Origin: a bacterium
Lineage (GTDB): Bacteria; Patescibacteriota; Minisyncoccia; UBA6257; 2-01-FULL-56-20
Length of the DNA stretch: 61,361 nt
Direction: 5' to 3'
Assembly (NCBI GenBank): GCA_021780195.1
Contig: JAJXZE010000013.1
Coordinates: 1-61,361, forward strand
In this document: positions 39,385 through 48,828 of the stretch, one piece after another
Position numbering within the stretch: position 1 is the stretch's first letter
Layout: each line of letters begins with the position of its first letter
The notes under the pieces: model-generated
Databases searched by the model: none
Told to the model about the DNA's origin: nothing
What the model saw: the letters and a program-made list of their open reading frames with translations, nothing else
Position numbers and translations under genes: made by a program

Positions 39385-40626
39385 CTACTGGTACTGAATG
39401 TAGCTTGGCTGAGGGCTCAGGCGCAGGAGCTCCTGCGGCGTCATGAGGTGGCTACCCGGCACGCGGATGTCATTCTTGTAAAAAAGTTTGAAGCCGGTGA
39501 ATTGCACGGGTTCGGGGATGATGAAGTCCTTGTAGGTGCGTAGCTTCTGTGCGGGCGGGCCGAAGCCGTCCATATCCATCACGATCTGGACTTCGGGAAG
39601 CGGGGTGATCGCGCGCGCGTTCGTCACCATAGGTTCCGTGAAGCGGTGCACGACGAGGATCTTCGGCGGCAGATTGTTCTTGCGGACGAGGTCTGCAAGA
39701 TACTGCGCCGCCCAGTTGATGTCCTTCGCGTCCATGGAACCGATCACGGTGCCGGGACGCGCGCCGTTATGCATGGCGAATTCCGGATCAAGGGAAAGTT
39801 CGACGTTCGGCATCGAAAGATACGCCGCAAGCGGCGGGATCTCCCGCTCCACGGTGCTCAGGCCCACCTGGATATCGAGAAAAACGATGCCATGAAGCTG
39901 GTTCGCCATATCGATCGCCTTGTCGATCTGGTTCGACGGCATGCGGAGGCGGTACGTACCGTCGGTTCCCGCGCTTGCCTGCGCGGACACCGCGATGTAA
40001 TCGATCGCTGGGATCACCGGCGTCGAAGGATCCGCGGCGGCCCACATCGCGCTCGTGCTTGCAAGCATCCGGATGACCTGGTCCTCGGGGTATTCGCCGA
40101 GCACGCCCATTTGCGTGGAATAAAAATTGCCGTAGTAGGCGACGATGCGGTTGAAGGGAAGGAGCGCGCCCGCATCCGGATACGCGGCCTTTACGGGCCA
40201 GAGTTGCGGCTTGGGTGGGGCGGTGGTGTCCACTGCCGCTCCCGTCGCCGACGCGACGGCGGTACCCGTTGTGGCGCTTCCCGTTGCCGCGCGCACCGTG
40301 CCGCTGGACGCCGCGAGCGCCGCACGCGCGGCGGGCTTCGGCGGAGGAAGATTCGCGATGGCGAGCAGTTTGGCGTCGTATGCCGCGCGGTCGGCGGCGT
40401 TCATCGCGACCGGATGCGCGGGAGCGGGGAGGGATGCTCCCTCTGCCGCGGGAGCCCCGCCTCCGGTCGCGCCGCTTTCGGATTCCGGCGGATCGTTCAC
40501 AACAAGAAGGATGCGCGGAGTCCGGACCACGGCGAGTGCCACGGCGGCAAGGCAGGAAACGAAGCCGACCGTCAGGAGTAGCCAATACGCACGATGCCAG
40601 GAAGGCGGTTTTCGTCCCTGTTCCAT
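39385..40626 (-). CDS. Membrane-anchored extracytoplasmic protein of unknown function (Ala-rich linker plus a conserved globular domain of about 270 aa)
   Basis: N-terminal TM helix, a low-complexity A/P/T linker, then a non-repetitive domain (NRIVAYYGNF...VFLDIQVG...LSLDPEF...VVHRF). No motif I can name. Confidence 0.5.
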   Translation of the reverse strand: MEQGRKPPSWHRAYWLLLTVGFVSCLAAVALAVVRTPRILLVVNDPPESESGATGGGAPAAEGASLPAPAHPVAMNAADRAAYDAKLLAIANLPPPKPAARAALAASSGTVRAATGSATTGTAVASATGAAVDTTAPPKPQLWPVKAAYPDAGALLPFNRIVAYYGNFYSTQMGVLGEYPEDQVIRMLASTSAMWAAADPSTPVIPAIDYIAVSAQASAGTDGTYRLRMPSNQIDKAIDMANQLHGIVFLDIQVGLSTVEREIPPLAAYLSMPNVELSLDPEFAMHNGARPGTVIGSMDAKDINWAAQYLADLVRKNNLPPKILVVHRFTEPMVTNARAITPLPEVQIVMDMDGFGPPAQKLRTYKDFIIPEPVQFTGFKLFYKNDIRVPGSHLMTPQELLRLSPQPSYIQYQ

Positions 40627-40778
40627 TCCACTATAGTAAACCGAAATGCGAAAATCGGGAACGGCCCGGCGCTAATTTTTCCCGCCGCGGGGAAAGGGGC
40701 GCGGCACGTCGGCCGCGGCGGCGGCGCGCCGGACGTGCGCACCACTGCGCGTCCGAGACGGTGTGATATAATGAACCC

Positions 40779-41228
40779 ATGAACAAAAAGGCCCTCTATA
40801 TCATTCTTGGTTGCGTGGTCGTGATTGCGGCGGTTGCGGCGATCGTGGCGGGAGTTGGTTCCCGGCATCAGGCGGGGACTTCGGGAGAAGCGGGAATTTC
40901 CGGCGGGGCGGCAGGGACCGCAGGCTCTGAGGGCGCCACACCGGCCCTCTTCAGCTTTGCGGTGAACCAACCGAACCTTACCGCGACCGGGAAGAATCTT
41001 TCGAAGGTAGAGGTTTTGAACGGCGCCAAGCTGATCGGAGAGGCGACCCTCATCGGAACCGGCACATCGGGTGTTGAGACGTGGAATTTTGCGATCCCGT
41101 CATCGCCAATCTCTGCAACCGCGATCACGGCGAAGGGTTACAACGCAAGCGGGACAATCGTGGGAAGCATCGCGCTTCCTTATTCCGGAGCCGCCCTCAA
41201 AAACGCGCTCTGGCCGGTAAAGAAATAG
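40779..41228 (+). CDS. Membrane-anchored hypothetical protein (Ig-like beta domain likely)
   Basis: N-terminal TM helix, G/A/S linker and a beta-rich C-terminus. A TGaTATAAT box at 40764-40772 lies 6 nt before the ATG. Confidence 0.5.
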   Translation: MNKKALYIILGCVVVIAAVAAIVAGVGSRHQAGTSGEAGISGGAAGTAGSEGATPALFSFAVNQPNLTATGKNLSKVEVLNGAKLIGEATLIGTGTSGVETWNFAIPSSPISATAITAKGYNASGTIVGSIALPYSGAALKNALWPVKK

Positions 41229-41235
41229 CGCGCGG

Positions 41236-41982
41236 CTATTTCACGAAGGCCGACACGAGCCAGCCGAATAAGCTGAATCCTTTCTGCGACGCTGAAAGGT
41301 TTGCCTGAATACCGGCGTTCGCCTGGGTGAGCGTCTGGATCTGGGCCGCGAGGGCCTGCGTGTCGCTCGCATTCGCGATTTTGCTCTTGATCTGGTTCAG
41401 CGCCGTGATCTGCTCCTCGTTCTGCGCGAGGGTCGCCTGTGCCGCCTTGATGGCGCCATAATCGGGTCCGATCAGGAAGGAAAGGATGCCGCTCCGACTC
41501 GCGATCTTCTGAAGATTTGTCTGGAGCGTTTCCTGGTTCTTCTCCTGATTCTGGGCGATCGTGCGGATCTCCTGACCGACGCCCCCGGTCGAACTTGCGA
41601 TCTGAAGAAGCGCGTGTACGGCATTCGCCACTTCGCTTCTCATCGCGCCGCCCTTGCCATTATCGGTGGAGCTCGCCTCGCTCGTGGTTGCTTCGGTGCT
41701 GGTACCGGCTTTGTATTGCGCTCGTTCCTGAATTTGCATCTGCGTCTTTTCCCTGGCCTGAGCGCTTTCACCCCGGCCGGTGCTCGTACTGTCCTGCGCG
41801 TGCGCTCGCGTTTGTGTTTCCGCCTGCGTCTGCACCTCAATCTGCGCGCCGGAGTCCGCGCTCACAACTCCGACCTTCGACTGGACCGAGATCGCCGCGG
41901 ACGCGACCACCGCAAAAGCGAAAGACGCGATAACCGCCGCGCCGGCCGCCGCAACCGTACCGCCAATTAATTTATTTTTCAT
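41236..41982 (-). CDS. Secreted Q/A/T-rich coiled-coil hypothetical protein
   Basis: N-terminal signal-like hydrophobic segment and a low-complexity Q/T/A-rich helical body. Confidence 0.5.
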   Translation of the reverse strand: MKNKLIGGTVAAAGAAVIASFAFAVVASAAISVQSKVGVVSADSGAQIEVQTQAETQTRAHAQDSTSTGRGESAQAREKTQMQIQERAQYKAGTSTEATTSEASSTDNGKGGAMRSEVANAVHALLQIASSTGGVGQEIRTIAQNQEKNQETLQTNLQKIASRSGILSFLIGPDYGAIKAAQATLAQNEEQITALNQIKSKIANASDTQALAAQIQTLTQANAGIQANLSASQKGFSLFGWLVSAFVK

Positions 41983-42033
41983 GATTTTTTTATTTATTTG
42001 ACCTTGTTTTTATTGTACCATTCTTAGCATACG

Positions 42034-42063
42034 TTGACTAGTGGCTGGCTGGTGTGGTAAGAT
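42034..42063 (+). promoter_or_regulatory. Sigma-70-like promoter (TTGACT-18-TGgTAAGAT)
   Basis: -35 TTGACT at 42034-42039 and an extended -10 TGgTAAGAT ending at 42063, 6 nt before the ATG at 42070. Confidence 0.4.
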
Positions 42064-42069
42064 GAAGGC

Positions 42070-42462
42070 ATGAGTAAATTCGAAGAGCCTCCTAGGGGGG
42101 AAAATGCAGACGTAGAGGCAGGGTCCCTCGCGGAGAAGTCGGGAAACGCGGAAAATGGTGAGCGTTTCGTGGATAAAAAAATCTCTGAATACTTTAATTA
42201 TAAAAACAGTTTCGTGGGCAGGCACGAAGTTGGAGCAAGGGTTCTTGGCTACGAAGTGGCTGGAGCGGTGTTAGGCGGCGCCACGGGTAGCGTGTTCGGG
42301 GCTTCGGAAATCGGAATGCTTTTAGGAGTTGTCGCCGCAGGGGGAGCGGTGGAGGAATGGCTGAAGAAAGACACCGCGAAAGCCAACCGTATGAATAAGC
42401 TTTTGGGCAGAAATCTTGCCTTCCGCAAACACATGGAAGAGAAGGATAAAAAAGACGAATAA
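42070..42462 (+). CDS. Hypothetical protein with a glycine-zipper hydrophobic segment
   Basis: ORF with coding-like composition and a GxxxG-rich segment (AGAVLGGATGSVFGASEIGMLLGVVAAGG). Confidence 0.4.
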   Translation: MSKFEEPPRGENADVEAGSLAEKSGNAENGERFVDKKISEYFNYKNSFVGRHEVGARVLGYEVAGAVLGGATGSVFGASEIGMLLGVVAAGGAVEEWLKKDTAKANRMNKLLGRNLAFRKHMEEKDKKDE

Positions 42463-42466
42463 AACG

Positions 42467-42757
42467 ATGACTAGTGGCATGGACCTCGGCGAAGCATTGG
42501 GGAAACAACGCGAGATACTCGGCATCACCGGACAGGAGTTCGATGTTCAAATAGAAAAATTGGGAGAACTCGTATTGGCAGGCATGGTTCAAAAACTGCT
42601 CGCGGCAAAGCCCATCCCGAACGGCCTCGACGAAGATGACCCCGATAAAGTCGCCGCGTACATAGCGCAAATATTCACGCCCAAAGAAATCGAAGAGGCA
42701 TATTTCGAAGCGGCACGCGAACTGGGTGATGGATACCTCGCGGCGCTCCGAGGATAA
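42467..42757 (+). CDS. Hypothetical protein (96 aa)
   Basis: The ORF starts 5 nt after the preceding stop and is acidic and helical. No recognisable motif. Confidence 0.4.
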   Translation: MTSGMDLGEALGKQREILGITGQEFDVQIEKLGELVLAGMVQKLLAAKPIPNGLDEDDPDKVAAYIAQIFTPKEIEEAYFEAARELGDGYLAALRG

Positions 42758-42761
42758 TATT

Positions 42762-44027
42762 ATGGAATCTTCATCCGGCTTTTACGGGCTCGGCATCGCG
42801 CCGAACATTCTTGCGGTGCTTGAGCGCTTGCATTTTAAGACGCCCACGCCCATCCAGGAAAAAGCGATCCCTCCGGCCATCGAGGGAAAGGATCTTGTCG
42901 GGCTTGCGCAGACCGGCACGGGGAAGACCCTCGCCTTTGCGGTCCCCATGCTTCAGGCGGCGCTCCGCGGTGCGCACGGACTCGTGGTCCTGCCGACGCG
43001 CGAGCTCGCGCTCCAGGTGGAAGAGACGTTCCGCGCGCTCGGCGGGCCGCTCGGCGTCCGCACCGCGCTCCTGATCGGCGGGGGATCGATGCACGCCCAG
43101 CGGTTCGCGCTCCAGCGGGGCCCCATGATCGTGATCGGCACGCCGGGAAGGATCATCGATCATCTCGAACAGAAGACCGTGTCCTTCAAAAGCGTTTCCA
43201 TGCTCGTGCTCGACGAAGCGGACCGCATGCTCGACATGGGATTCGCGCCCCAGCTCAAGCGGATCCTCGCCGTGGTCCCCGCGGAACGGCAGACGATGCT
43301 CTTTTCCGCGACCATGCCGGAGGACATCGTGAGGATCGCGAAGGCGTATATGAAACTGCCGCTCCGGATCGAGATCGCCCCTCCGGGGACGGCGATCGAA
43401 AAGATCTCGCAGGAACTGTATTTCATCTCGAAGCCTGACAAGCCGCGCTTCCTCGAGCGGCTCATTTATGAATTCAAAGGATCGATCCTCGTGTTCACGC
43501 GCACGAAGTTTGGCGCAAAAAAGATCGCGGCGGGCCTCCGCGCGCTGGGGCATAGCGCCGCGGAACTTCATTCGAACCGGACGCTCAATCAGCGGCGCGA
43601 AGCGCTCGACGGTTTCCGGAACGGAAAGTACCGCGTGCTTGTCGCGACCGACATCGCCGCGCGCGGCATCGACGTGAAGGGGATCGAGCTCGTGCTGAAC
43701 TACGACCTGCCGACGAATCCCGAGGATTACGTCCACCGCATCGGCCGCACCGCTCGCGCCGGGGCTTCGGGACGCGCGATCTCTTTCGCGACGCCCGACC
43801 AGAAGAACGACGTGCGCGATATCGAGCGTCTCATGCGGGCGACCCTGCCGCAGGCGAAACTTCCAGCGGATCTTCCTCCGCCCCGCGCGGAGGCGCCGCG
43901 CCCATCATTCGGCGCGTCCTCCTTCGGCCCCGCGCCGCGGCCGGGAATGCGCCCTTCGCGGCGCCCCCCGGGCCGGAGCGGCCCCGCACGACCTTCTTTC
44001 GGCCGCCGACGCTCCTTCGGGAGATAG
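42762..44027 (+). CDS. DEAD-box ATP-dependent RNA helicase with an R/P/G-rich basic tail
   Basis: Q motif (PTPIQEKAIP), motif I AQTGTGKT, motif II DEAD, motif III SAT and motif VI HRIGRTARAG. The C-terminal tail is RPSFGxxxxFGR-type. Confidence 0.95.
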   Translation: MESSSGFYGLGIAPNILAVLERLHFKTPTPIQEKAIPPAIEGKDLVGLAQTGTGKTLAFAVPMLQAALRGAHGLVVLPTRELALQVEETFRALGGPLGVRTALLIGGGSMHAQRFALQRGPMIVIGTPGRIIDHLEQKTVSFKSVSMLVLDEADRMLDMGFAPQLKRILAVVPAERQTMLFSATMPEDIVRIAKAYMKLPLRIEIAPPGTAIEKISQELYFISKPDKPRFLERLIYEFKGSILVFTRTKFGAKKIAAGLRALGHSAAELHSNRTLNQRREALDGFRNGKYRVLVATDIAARGIDVKGIELVLNYDLPTNPEDYVHRIGRTARAGASGRAISFATPDQKNDVRDIERLMRATLPQAKLPADLPPPRAEAPRPSFGASSFGPAPRPGMRPSRRPPGRSGPARPSFGRRRSFGR

Positions 44028-44076
44028 CGCGGGAACGAATGTGGTTTTTGGTGTAAAATAGAGTCATTCGGGATCT

Positions 44077-45369
44077 ATGAGAAATTCTTTCCGGAAGTAT
44101 AAAGTGCTCTTTGCACTGCTGGTTATCGGCATGACTGCGGCACTGCCGGGGGCGGTTGCTCCGGCCTCTCCCGCGCACGCGCAAACGGCCGCCTCCGGCG
44201 CGGGTACGGCCACAGCGAGCACAAGCACCCTCCAGGCGCAGATCGATGCGAATAACCAGAAGATTGCGTCGCTGAATCAGCAGATCGCGACCTACCAGAC
44301 CGCGCTTCAGCAGGTAGGCGCGGACAAGAAGACGCTCCAGGCGGCGATCAAGGCGCTCGACCTTCAGAAGAGCAAGGTGCAGGCGCAGGTCGCGATCACC
44401 CAGCATCAGATCAGCATCACGGGACTCCAGATCCAGCAGCTCGGCGGTCAGATCGCGGATACGGAAAGCGCAATCACCGACGATGAGGCCGCCGTCGCCG
44501 CCGCGCTGAGGAATCTCCAGAAGGCGGACGGCAAGTCGCTTCTTGCGCAGGTGTTTGCCGCAGGAACGCTTGCCAGCGCGTGGAGCGACGTGAACGCGAC
44601 CCTCCAGATCGAGGAGGGGATACAGAATCAAATGCAGGCCCTGAAGGCGCAGAGGGCGACGCTTTCCGACGCGCAGACCGCTTCCCAAGAGAAGCGGGCG
44701 ACCTTGACCTCGCAGAAGCAGGCGCTCGCGAACCAGCAGGTTTCGCTCGCCGCGACCGCGGAGCAGAAGAGCCAGCTCCTCGCCCAGACGAACGCCAAGG
44801 AGTCCTCGTACCAGAAACTTCTCGCCGAGGCCGAGGCCGAGCTCGAAAGCTTCTCCGCGTTTACGCAGAACGCGGGCGGCGCGGGGCTCATCGGCAACCA
44901 GACCGTGTGCGATTCCTGGGGCTGTTATTACAATCAGCGTGATTCCGCGTGGGGGAAGAGCGCGCTGAACGGCACGAGGTACACGCTCGCGAGCGACGGA
45001 TGCCTCGTGACCTCCATGGCGATGATGATGACCCATTACGGCTACCGCGACGTGACGCCGGTCACCATCAATTCCAACCCCGACAACTTCTCCGTCTATT
45101 ATCCCGCATACCTCATGTCCACGATCTACGTCGACGGCGTGACGGCCGCGCGGAAGACGGCGGCGATCGACGCCACGCTCGCGACGGGAAATCCGGTCGT
45201 GGTGGGTGTCCGCGCATACGGCGGCACGCACTTCGTGGTGCTCGTGAGCGGCCGCGCCGGGAATTACGTGATGAAGGATCCGTACGTCGCGAACGGCAAC
45301 AACATCAGTTTCGGCGCTCATTACACGCTGAGGAGCGTCTTCGCCGTCGCGCGGGTCGTGATAAGCTGA
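44077..45369 (+). CDS. Secreted coiled-coil protein with a C-terminal papain-like (peptidase C39-like) domain
   Basis: Signal peptide (..PAHA/Q), about 220 aa of heptad-rich Q/A/L sequence as in CwlO/PcsB-type N-termini, then a domain with candidate Cys (SDGCLVTSMAMM) and His (GGTHFVVLV). Confidence 0.6.
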   Translation: MRNSFRKYKVLFALLVIGMTAALPGAVAPASPAHAQTAASGAGTATASTSTLQAQIDANNQKIASLNQQIATYQTALQQVGADKKTLQAAIKALDLQKSKVQAQVAITQHQISITGLQIQQLGGQIADTESAITDDEAAVAAALRNLQKADGKSLLAQVFAAGTLASAWSDVNATLQIEEGIQNQMQALKAQRATLSDAQTASQEKRATLTSQKQALANQQVSLAATAEQKSQLLAQTNAKESSYQKLLAEAEAELESFSAFTQNAGGAGLIGNQTVCDSWGCYYNQRDSAWGKSALNGTRYTLASDGCLVTSMAMMMTHYGYRDVTPVTINSNPDNFSVYYPAYLMSTIYVDGVTAARKTAAIDATLATGNPVVVGVRAYGGTHFVVLVSGRAGNYVMKDPYVANGNNISFGAHYTLRSVFAVARVVIS

Positions 45370-45378
45370 CGAACGGCC

Positions 45379-46578
45379 ATGGAACGCGCCACGGAAAAAG
45401 CGCCGCGCCCCTTCCTGGGAGTCCATCCCGACGTGGTGAAGCTCGGCGCGGTGAGCTTCCTTACGGACGTCAGTTCGGAGGCCATTTTCTCGGTATTCTC
45501 GATATTCTTCACGACGATCGCCGGCGCGTCCGCGGCGCTTCTCGGCATGGTCGAGGGCTTTGCGGATTTTTCCGCATCGTCGCTCGATTATGTATCAGGA
45601 TGGCTTTCGGACCGGACGGGGAAGCGAAAAGTGTTCGCCGCCGCGGGATACGGATTCTCGACCCTCGCCAAGTTTTTCCTCGTGATCGCGAACTCCGTCT
45701 CTGCGCTCGCGCTCTTTCGCGTCGTCGAACGGCTGGGCAAAAGCTTCCGCGGGCCGCCGCGCGACGCATGGCTTGCCGAGGTCGCCGCCACGGATACGAG
45801 GGGGTACTCTTTCGGCGTGCATAAGGCAATGGATAAGGCCGGAGCCGTCGCGGGCCCTCTGCTCGCGTTCTGGCTGCTCTCGTCGCTCGGCGAGACCACG
45901 CACGCGTTCCGCCTGCTCTTCATCGGCGCGGCCCTCACGGCCGTGCTCGCGGTGGTCGTGCTCCTCATGATTGGAGAACGGCCGGGACGATCCGCCGAAC
46001 GCGAGAACATCTTCTGCGCGTGGCGCACGCTTGATCGCGGCTTCAGGTGGTATCTTCTGCCCGCCTCCGTGTTCTCGCTCGCGTATTTCAGCTTCGGCTT
46101 TCTTCTTCTCCGGGCGTACGACGCGGGGTTTTCGATTGCGGACGTGATCCTGCTCTACGCGCTTTTCAACGCCGCCTTCGTGGCGGCTTCGGCGCCGGTG
46201 GGCGCCCTGGGCGACCGGATCGGTCGGCGCGCCGTGATCATGCTTGGCTATGTCCTCTATGCTCTCATGGCCGCGGGCTTCATCTTTGCCTCCGCGAAGT
46301 GGGAGATCGTCATTCTTTTCGTCCTATTCGGCGTTTTCTACAGCATCGATGAGGCGCAAAGCAAGGCCTTCATTGCCGACATCGAACATGCGCGTCGGGG
46401 GAGTGCCATCGGCCTCTATAACTTTGCGACTGGCCTCGTCTACCTGCCCGCCTCAATCATCGCCGGATGGCTTTGGACAATTAACTCAGCGTACGCCTTC
46501 GAGTTCGCGTTCGTGTTCGCCGTCGCGGCGCTCGTCATTTTCGCGGCGCTGGGGAAGAAGATCCGGCCAACGGCGTAG
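45379..46578 (+). CDS. MFS transporter
   Basis: 12 predicted TM segments and an MFS loop motif (GWLSDRTGKRKV). Confidence 0.85.
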   Translation: MERATEKAPRPFLGVHPDVVKLGAVSFLTDVSSEAIFSVFSIFFTTIAGASAALLGMVEGFADFSASSLDYVSGWLSDRTGKRKVFAAAGYGFSTLAKFFLVIANSVSALALFRVVERLGKSFRGPPRDAWLAEVAATDTRGYSFGVHKAMDKAGAVAGPLLAFWLLSSLGETTHAFRLLFIGAALTAVLAVVVLLMIGERPGRSAERENIFCAWRTLDRGFRWYLLPASVFSLAYFSFGFLLLRAYDAGFSIADVILLYALFNAAFVAASAPVGALGDRIGRRAVIMLGYVLYALMAAGFIFASAKWEIVILFVLFGVFYSIDEAQSKAFIADIEHARRGSAIGLYNFATGLVYLPASIIAGWLWTINSAYAFEFAFVFAVAALVIFAALGKKIRPTA

Positions 46579-46592
46579 CGGATCGTCGAAAA

Positions 46593-47444
46593 TTATTTGC
46601 AATCCTCGAAGCGGGCGTCTGAATGCAGTGCGCCCGCGGCGTCCTCAAGCACTTTCTTTGCTTCCGGGAAGGTGAGCCGCGCCACGGCCTCGTCGTACGG
46701 GAGCCATGCACATTCGGTGATCTCATTCTTGAACTCGGCGGGGGTGTCGTTTTTGGCATCGCGCGCGAAGCCGAGAAAATAATCCACCGTTTTTATGTAG
46801 CGTCCGCCGGTTCTTTCGAATGAATACTCTTCACTCACGAGTGCACCGGGGACGAGGTCGATGCCCCTGATTCCGGTTTCCTCATAAAGTTCGCGCCGCG
46901 CGGTGGCTTCCGGTGCCTCGCCGACGTTCGGGTGGCCCTTGGGGAATCCCCAGTGTCCCGCGGCGAGATGGACGACACAGAACAGGAGGCCGCCGTCCGG
47001 CGCCTTGAAGGCGGGAACGATGCCGATCGAATAGTCGGAGAGAGACATTGGTTCCGATTCGAGTCGTGACGCTTCTATCGCTTCCACCCGGCGGTCCGAC
47101 AGGCCGAAGTGGTGCGCCACCTCGTGCCATATGGTTTCTTCTATCACTTTCCGCACCGGGACGCCGTCTTCTTCGGCGGCGTCAAGGATCGGCATGCGGA
47201 ACAGCGTGATGGTGTCCGGGAGGGTGCCGGAACGGCCGTACGCGTCGTTCCGTTCCGTCCGCGGGATTCCTTGGTACAGCCCGAGCAGGGTTTCATCGTC
47301 CGGCAATCCGAGGTCGCGCCGGACATCTTCCGGCACGTCGTCCTCGATCAGAAGCGCAACGTTTTCCACGAGGCGCCGGAACCGTTCTGGCACGGGGGCA
47401 AATCCGATCGACGCCACCAGCTTCTCGAATGCGCGGGGAGTCAT
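46593..47444 (-). CDS. Fusion protein: N-terminal zincin-like metallopeptidase domain (DUF1025 type) plus C-terminal NUDIX hydrolase
   Basis: HEVAHHFG in the N-terminal part. Nudix box GHWGFPKGHPNVGEAPEATARRELYEETG in the C-terminal part. Confidence 0.7.
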   Translation of the reverse strand: MTPRAFEKLVASIGFAPVPERFRRLVENVALLIEDDVPEDVRRDLGLPDDETLLGLYQGIPRTERNDAYGRSGTLPDTITLFRMPILDAAEEDGVPVRKVIEETIWHEVAHHFGLSDRRVEAIEASRLESEPMSLSDYSIGIVPAFKAPDGGLLFCVVHLAAGHWGFPKGHPNVGEAPEATARRELYEETGIRGIDLVPGALVSEEYSFERTGGRYIKTVDYFLGFARDAKNDTPAEFKNEITECAWLPYDEAVARLTFPEAKKVLEDAAGALHSDARFEDCK

Positions 47445-47454
47445 GATGCTCTGA

Positions 47455-47916
47455 TCAGTTTTTTATTGCATCAAGCGCCGCTTTCGCATAGTACTTAACC
47501 TGCTCCCTCACGTCCAATGAGGGATCATTGAGTTCTTCCCGCGTGAGCCATCGGATGTCTTCGCTGACCTCGGTATCTCCCTGGGTGATCTTGTCGCCGC
47601 GCGATGTGGCGAAATAAATGAGGGAGACGTGCTCGTGCGTGGCGTTGATCCTGTGCCGATTAAGGAAGCGCGGCGGGATGAGTTCCGTGACGTCCTTAAA
47701 ATCCGGGAGCGGACAATCAGGAAGAAGTTCTATGTCCAAACCGACTTCCTCCTTGACTTCCCGGATGGCGGCACGGTTCGGATCTTCGTCAAGCTCGATA
47801 TGGCCTCCGGGCGGCAGCCAGATTTTATACTTGTCGTGCTTCCTGAGGAGAACGCGCCCGCGGTTCACTATAAAAACCTCTGCCACGAAATCGATCTTTT
47901 CATGGATGTGGGGCAT
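47455..47916 (-). CDS. NUDIX hydrolase
   Basis: Nudix box PGGHIELDEDPNRAAIREVKEEVGL. Confidence 0.85.
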   Translation of the reverse strand: MPHIHEKIDFVAEVFIVNRGRVLLRKHDKYKIWLPPGGHIELDEDPNRAAIREVKEEVGLDIELLPDCPLPDFKDVTELIPPRFLNRHRINATHEHVSLIYFATSRGDKITQGDTEVSEDIRWLTREELNDPSLDVREQVKYYAKAALDAIKN

Positions 47917-47971
47917 GACTTCAGTATAACCGAAAGACGATCGTCAGGGTTTTGAGCGCCCGCGCCGGAAC

Positions 47972-48289
47972 TTAATATGGAAAGCGGGTCTCCGGATTCC
48001 TGTCGATGAGGTCGTGCGCCTTGCGCATCTCTTCGGGGGTGTAAAGGTATATGATCCTAAACTTCCCGGAAGTGGTTCGGGCAACTTGATCGTGAACCAC
48101 CTCCAACACATGGACGAGGCCCCAATAGATCCATTTGCCGTTGCGATTTTCCACGAGAAAAACCCGTACCGGAGGAGCGTGATATACGCGAATGCCATCC
48201 TTGTTTTTAAATTCAAAAACCCGGCCCTCAAAATCCCCGGCGTTTTTTGTACCGACGTAGCCTCCTGCCATCCTGATGGGTCGCAACAC
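47972..48289 (-). CDS. Hypothetical protein (about 100 aa)
   Basis: More protein-like than its antisense partner (48014-48385). No motif recognised. Confidence 0.4.
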   Translation of the reverse strand: MLRPIRMAGGYVGTKNAGDFEGRVFEFKNKDGIRVYHAPPVRVFLVENRNGKWIYWGLVHVLEVVHDQVARTTSGKFRIIYLYTPEEMRKAHDLIDRNPETRFPY

Positions 48290-48433
48290 GGCGGTTGCTC
48301 TTTGCCGGGACGACGGGCTCGATACCGCAATCGACGAAGAAATTCCGGAGCGGGTTTGAATCGTATTTCATTGACAATCGTTTAAAAATCTAGGATTTCT
48401 GCTATACTCAAAACATTAAATCCTAAAGATATC

Positions 48434-48826
48434 ATGGCTTATCTCGGCACAATCATTGAAGAAAGCTTGAGCGACAAGTCGGTGCTTGCCGATATGAAAA
48501 TCACATCTACGAAAGTTGAGCCAGTCACTGAAGAGGATAAGCATCAGACGCCGTGGATCAAGCAGTGGACCCTGCATAAGGTAGAAATCTCGGACGAGAA
48601 AGCGCAAGCAATTGCCGGGAAGCTCAGCAGATTGATCGACAAAGAACACGCGCAAGCGTGGTATGTGGATTTTAAAACGGACACCGAGCACTATATTATT
48701 TTTCTCGATAAAGTTTTCCACATAACCGATCGAACCGATAAAGCTCAATACGATGAGGCCATAAATTACGGTATCGCATTTGGCATCCCTCGCCATCAAA
48801 TGGACGTGCCAAGTTGGAGAAAATAA
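48434..48826 (+). CDS. Hypothetical protein (130 aa)
   Basis: Coding-like composition in an A+T-richer segment. The antisense ORF 48416-48799 is less plausible. Confidence 0.45.
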   Translation: MAYLGTIIEESLSDKSVLADMKITSTKVEPVTEEDKHQTPWIKQWTLHKVEISDEKAQAIAGKLSRLIDKEHAQAWYVDFKTDTEHYIIFLDKVFHITDRTDKAQYDEAINYGIAFGIPRHQMDVPSWRK

Positions 48827-48828
48827 TT

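Noticed and set aside
43831-45426. 531-aa ORF antisense to the coiled-coil/C39-like gene
   Set aside because: Shadow ORF. The plus-strand product has a signal peptide and a coherent domain structure.
48290-48433. Possible promoter (TTGACA ... TATACT) upstream of 48434
   Set aside because: The spacer between the two hexamers is about 26 nt, too long for a sigma-70 promoter. No alternative -35 was convincing.
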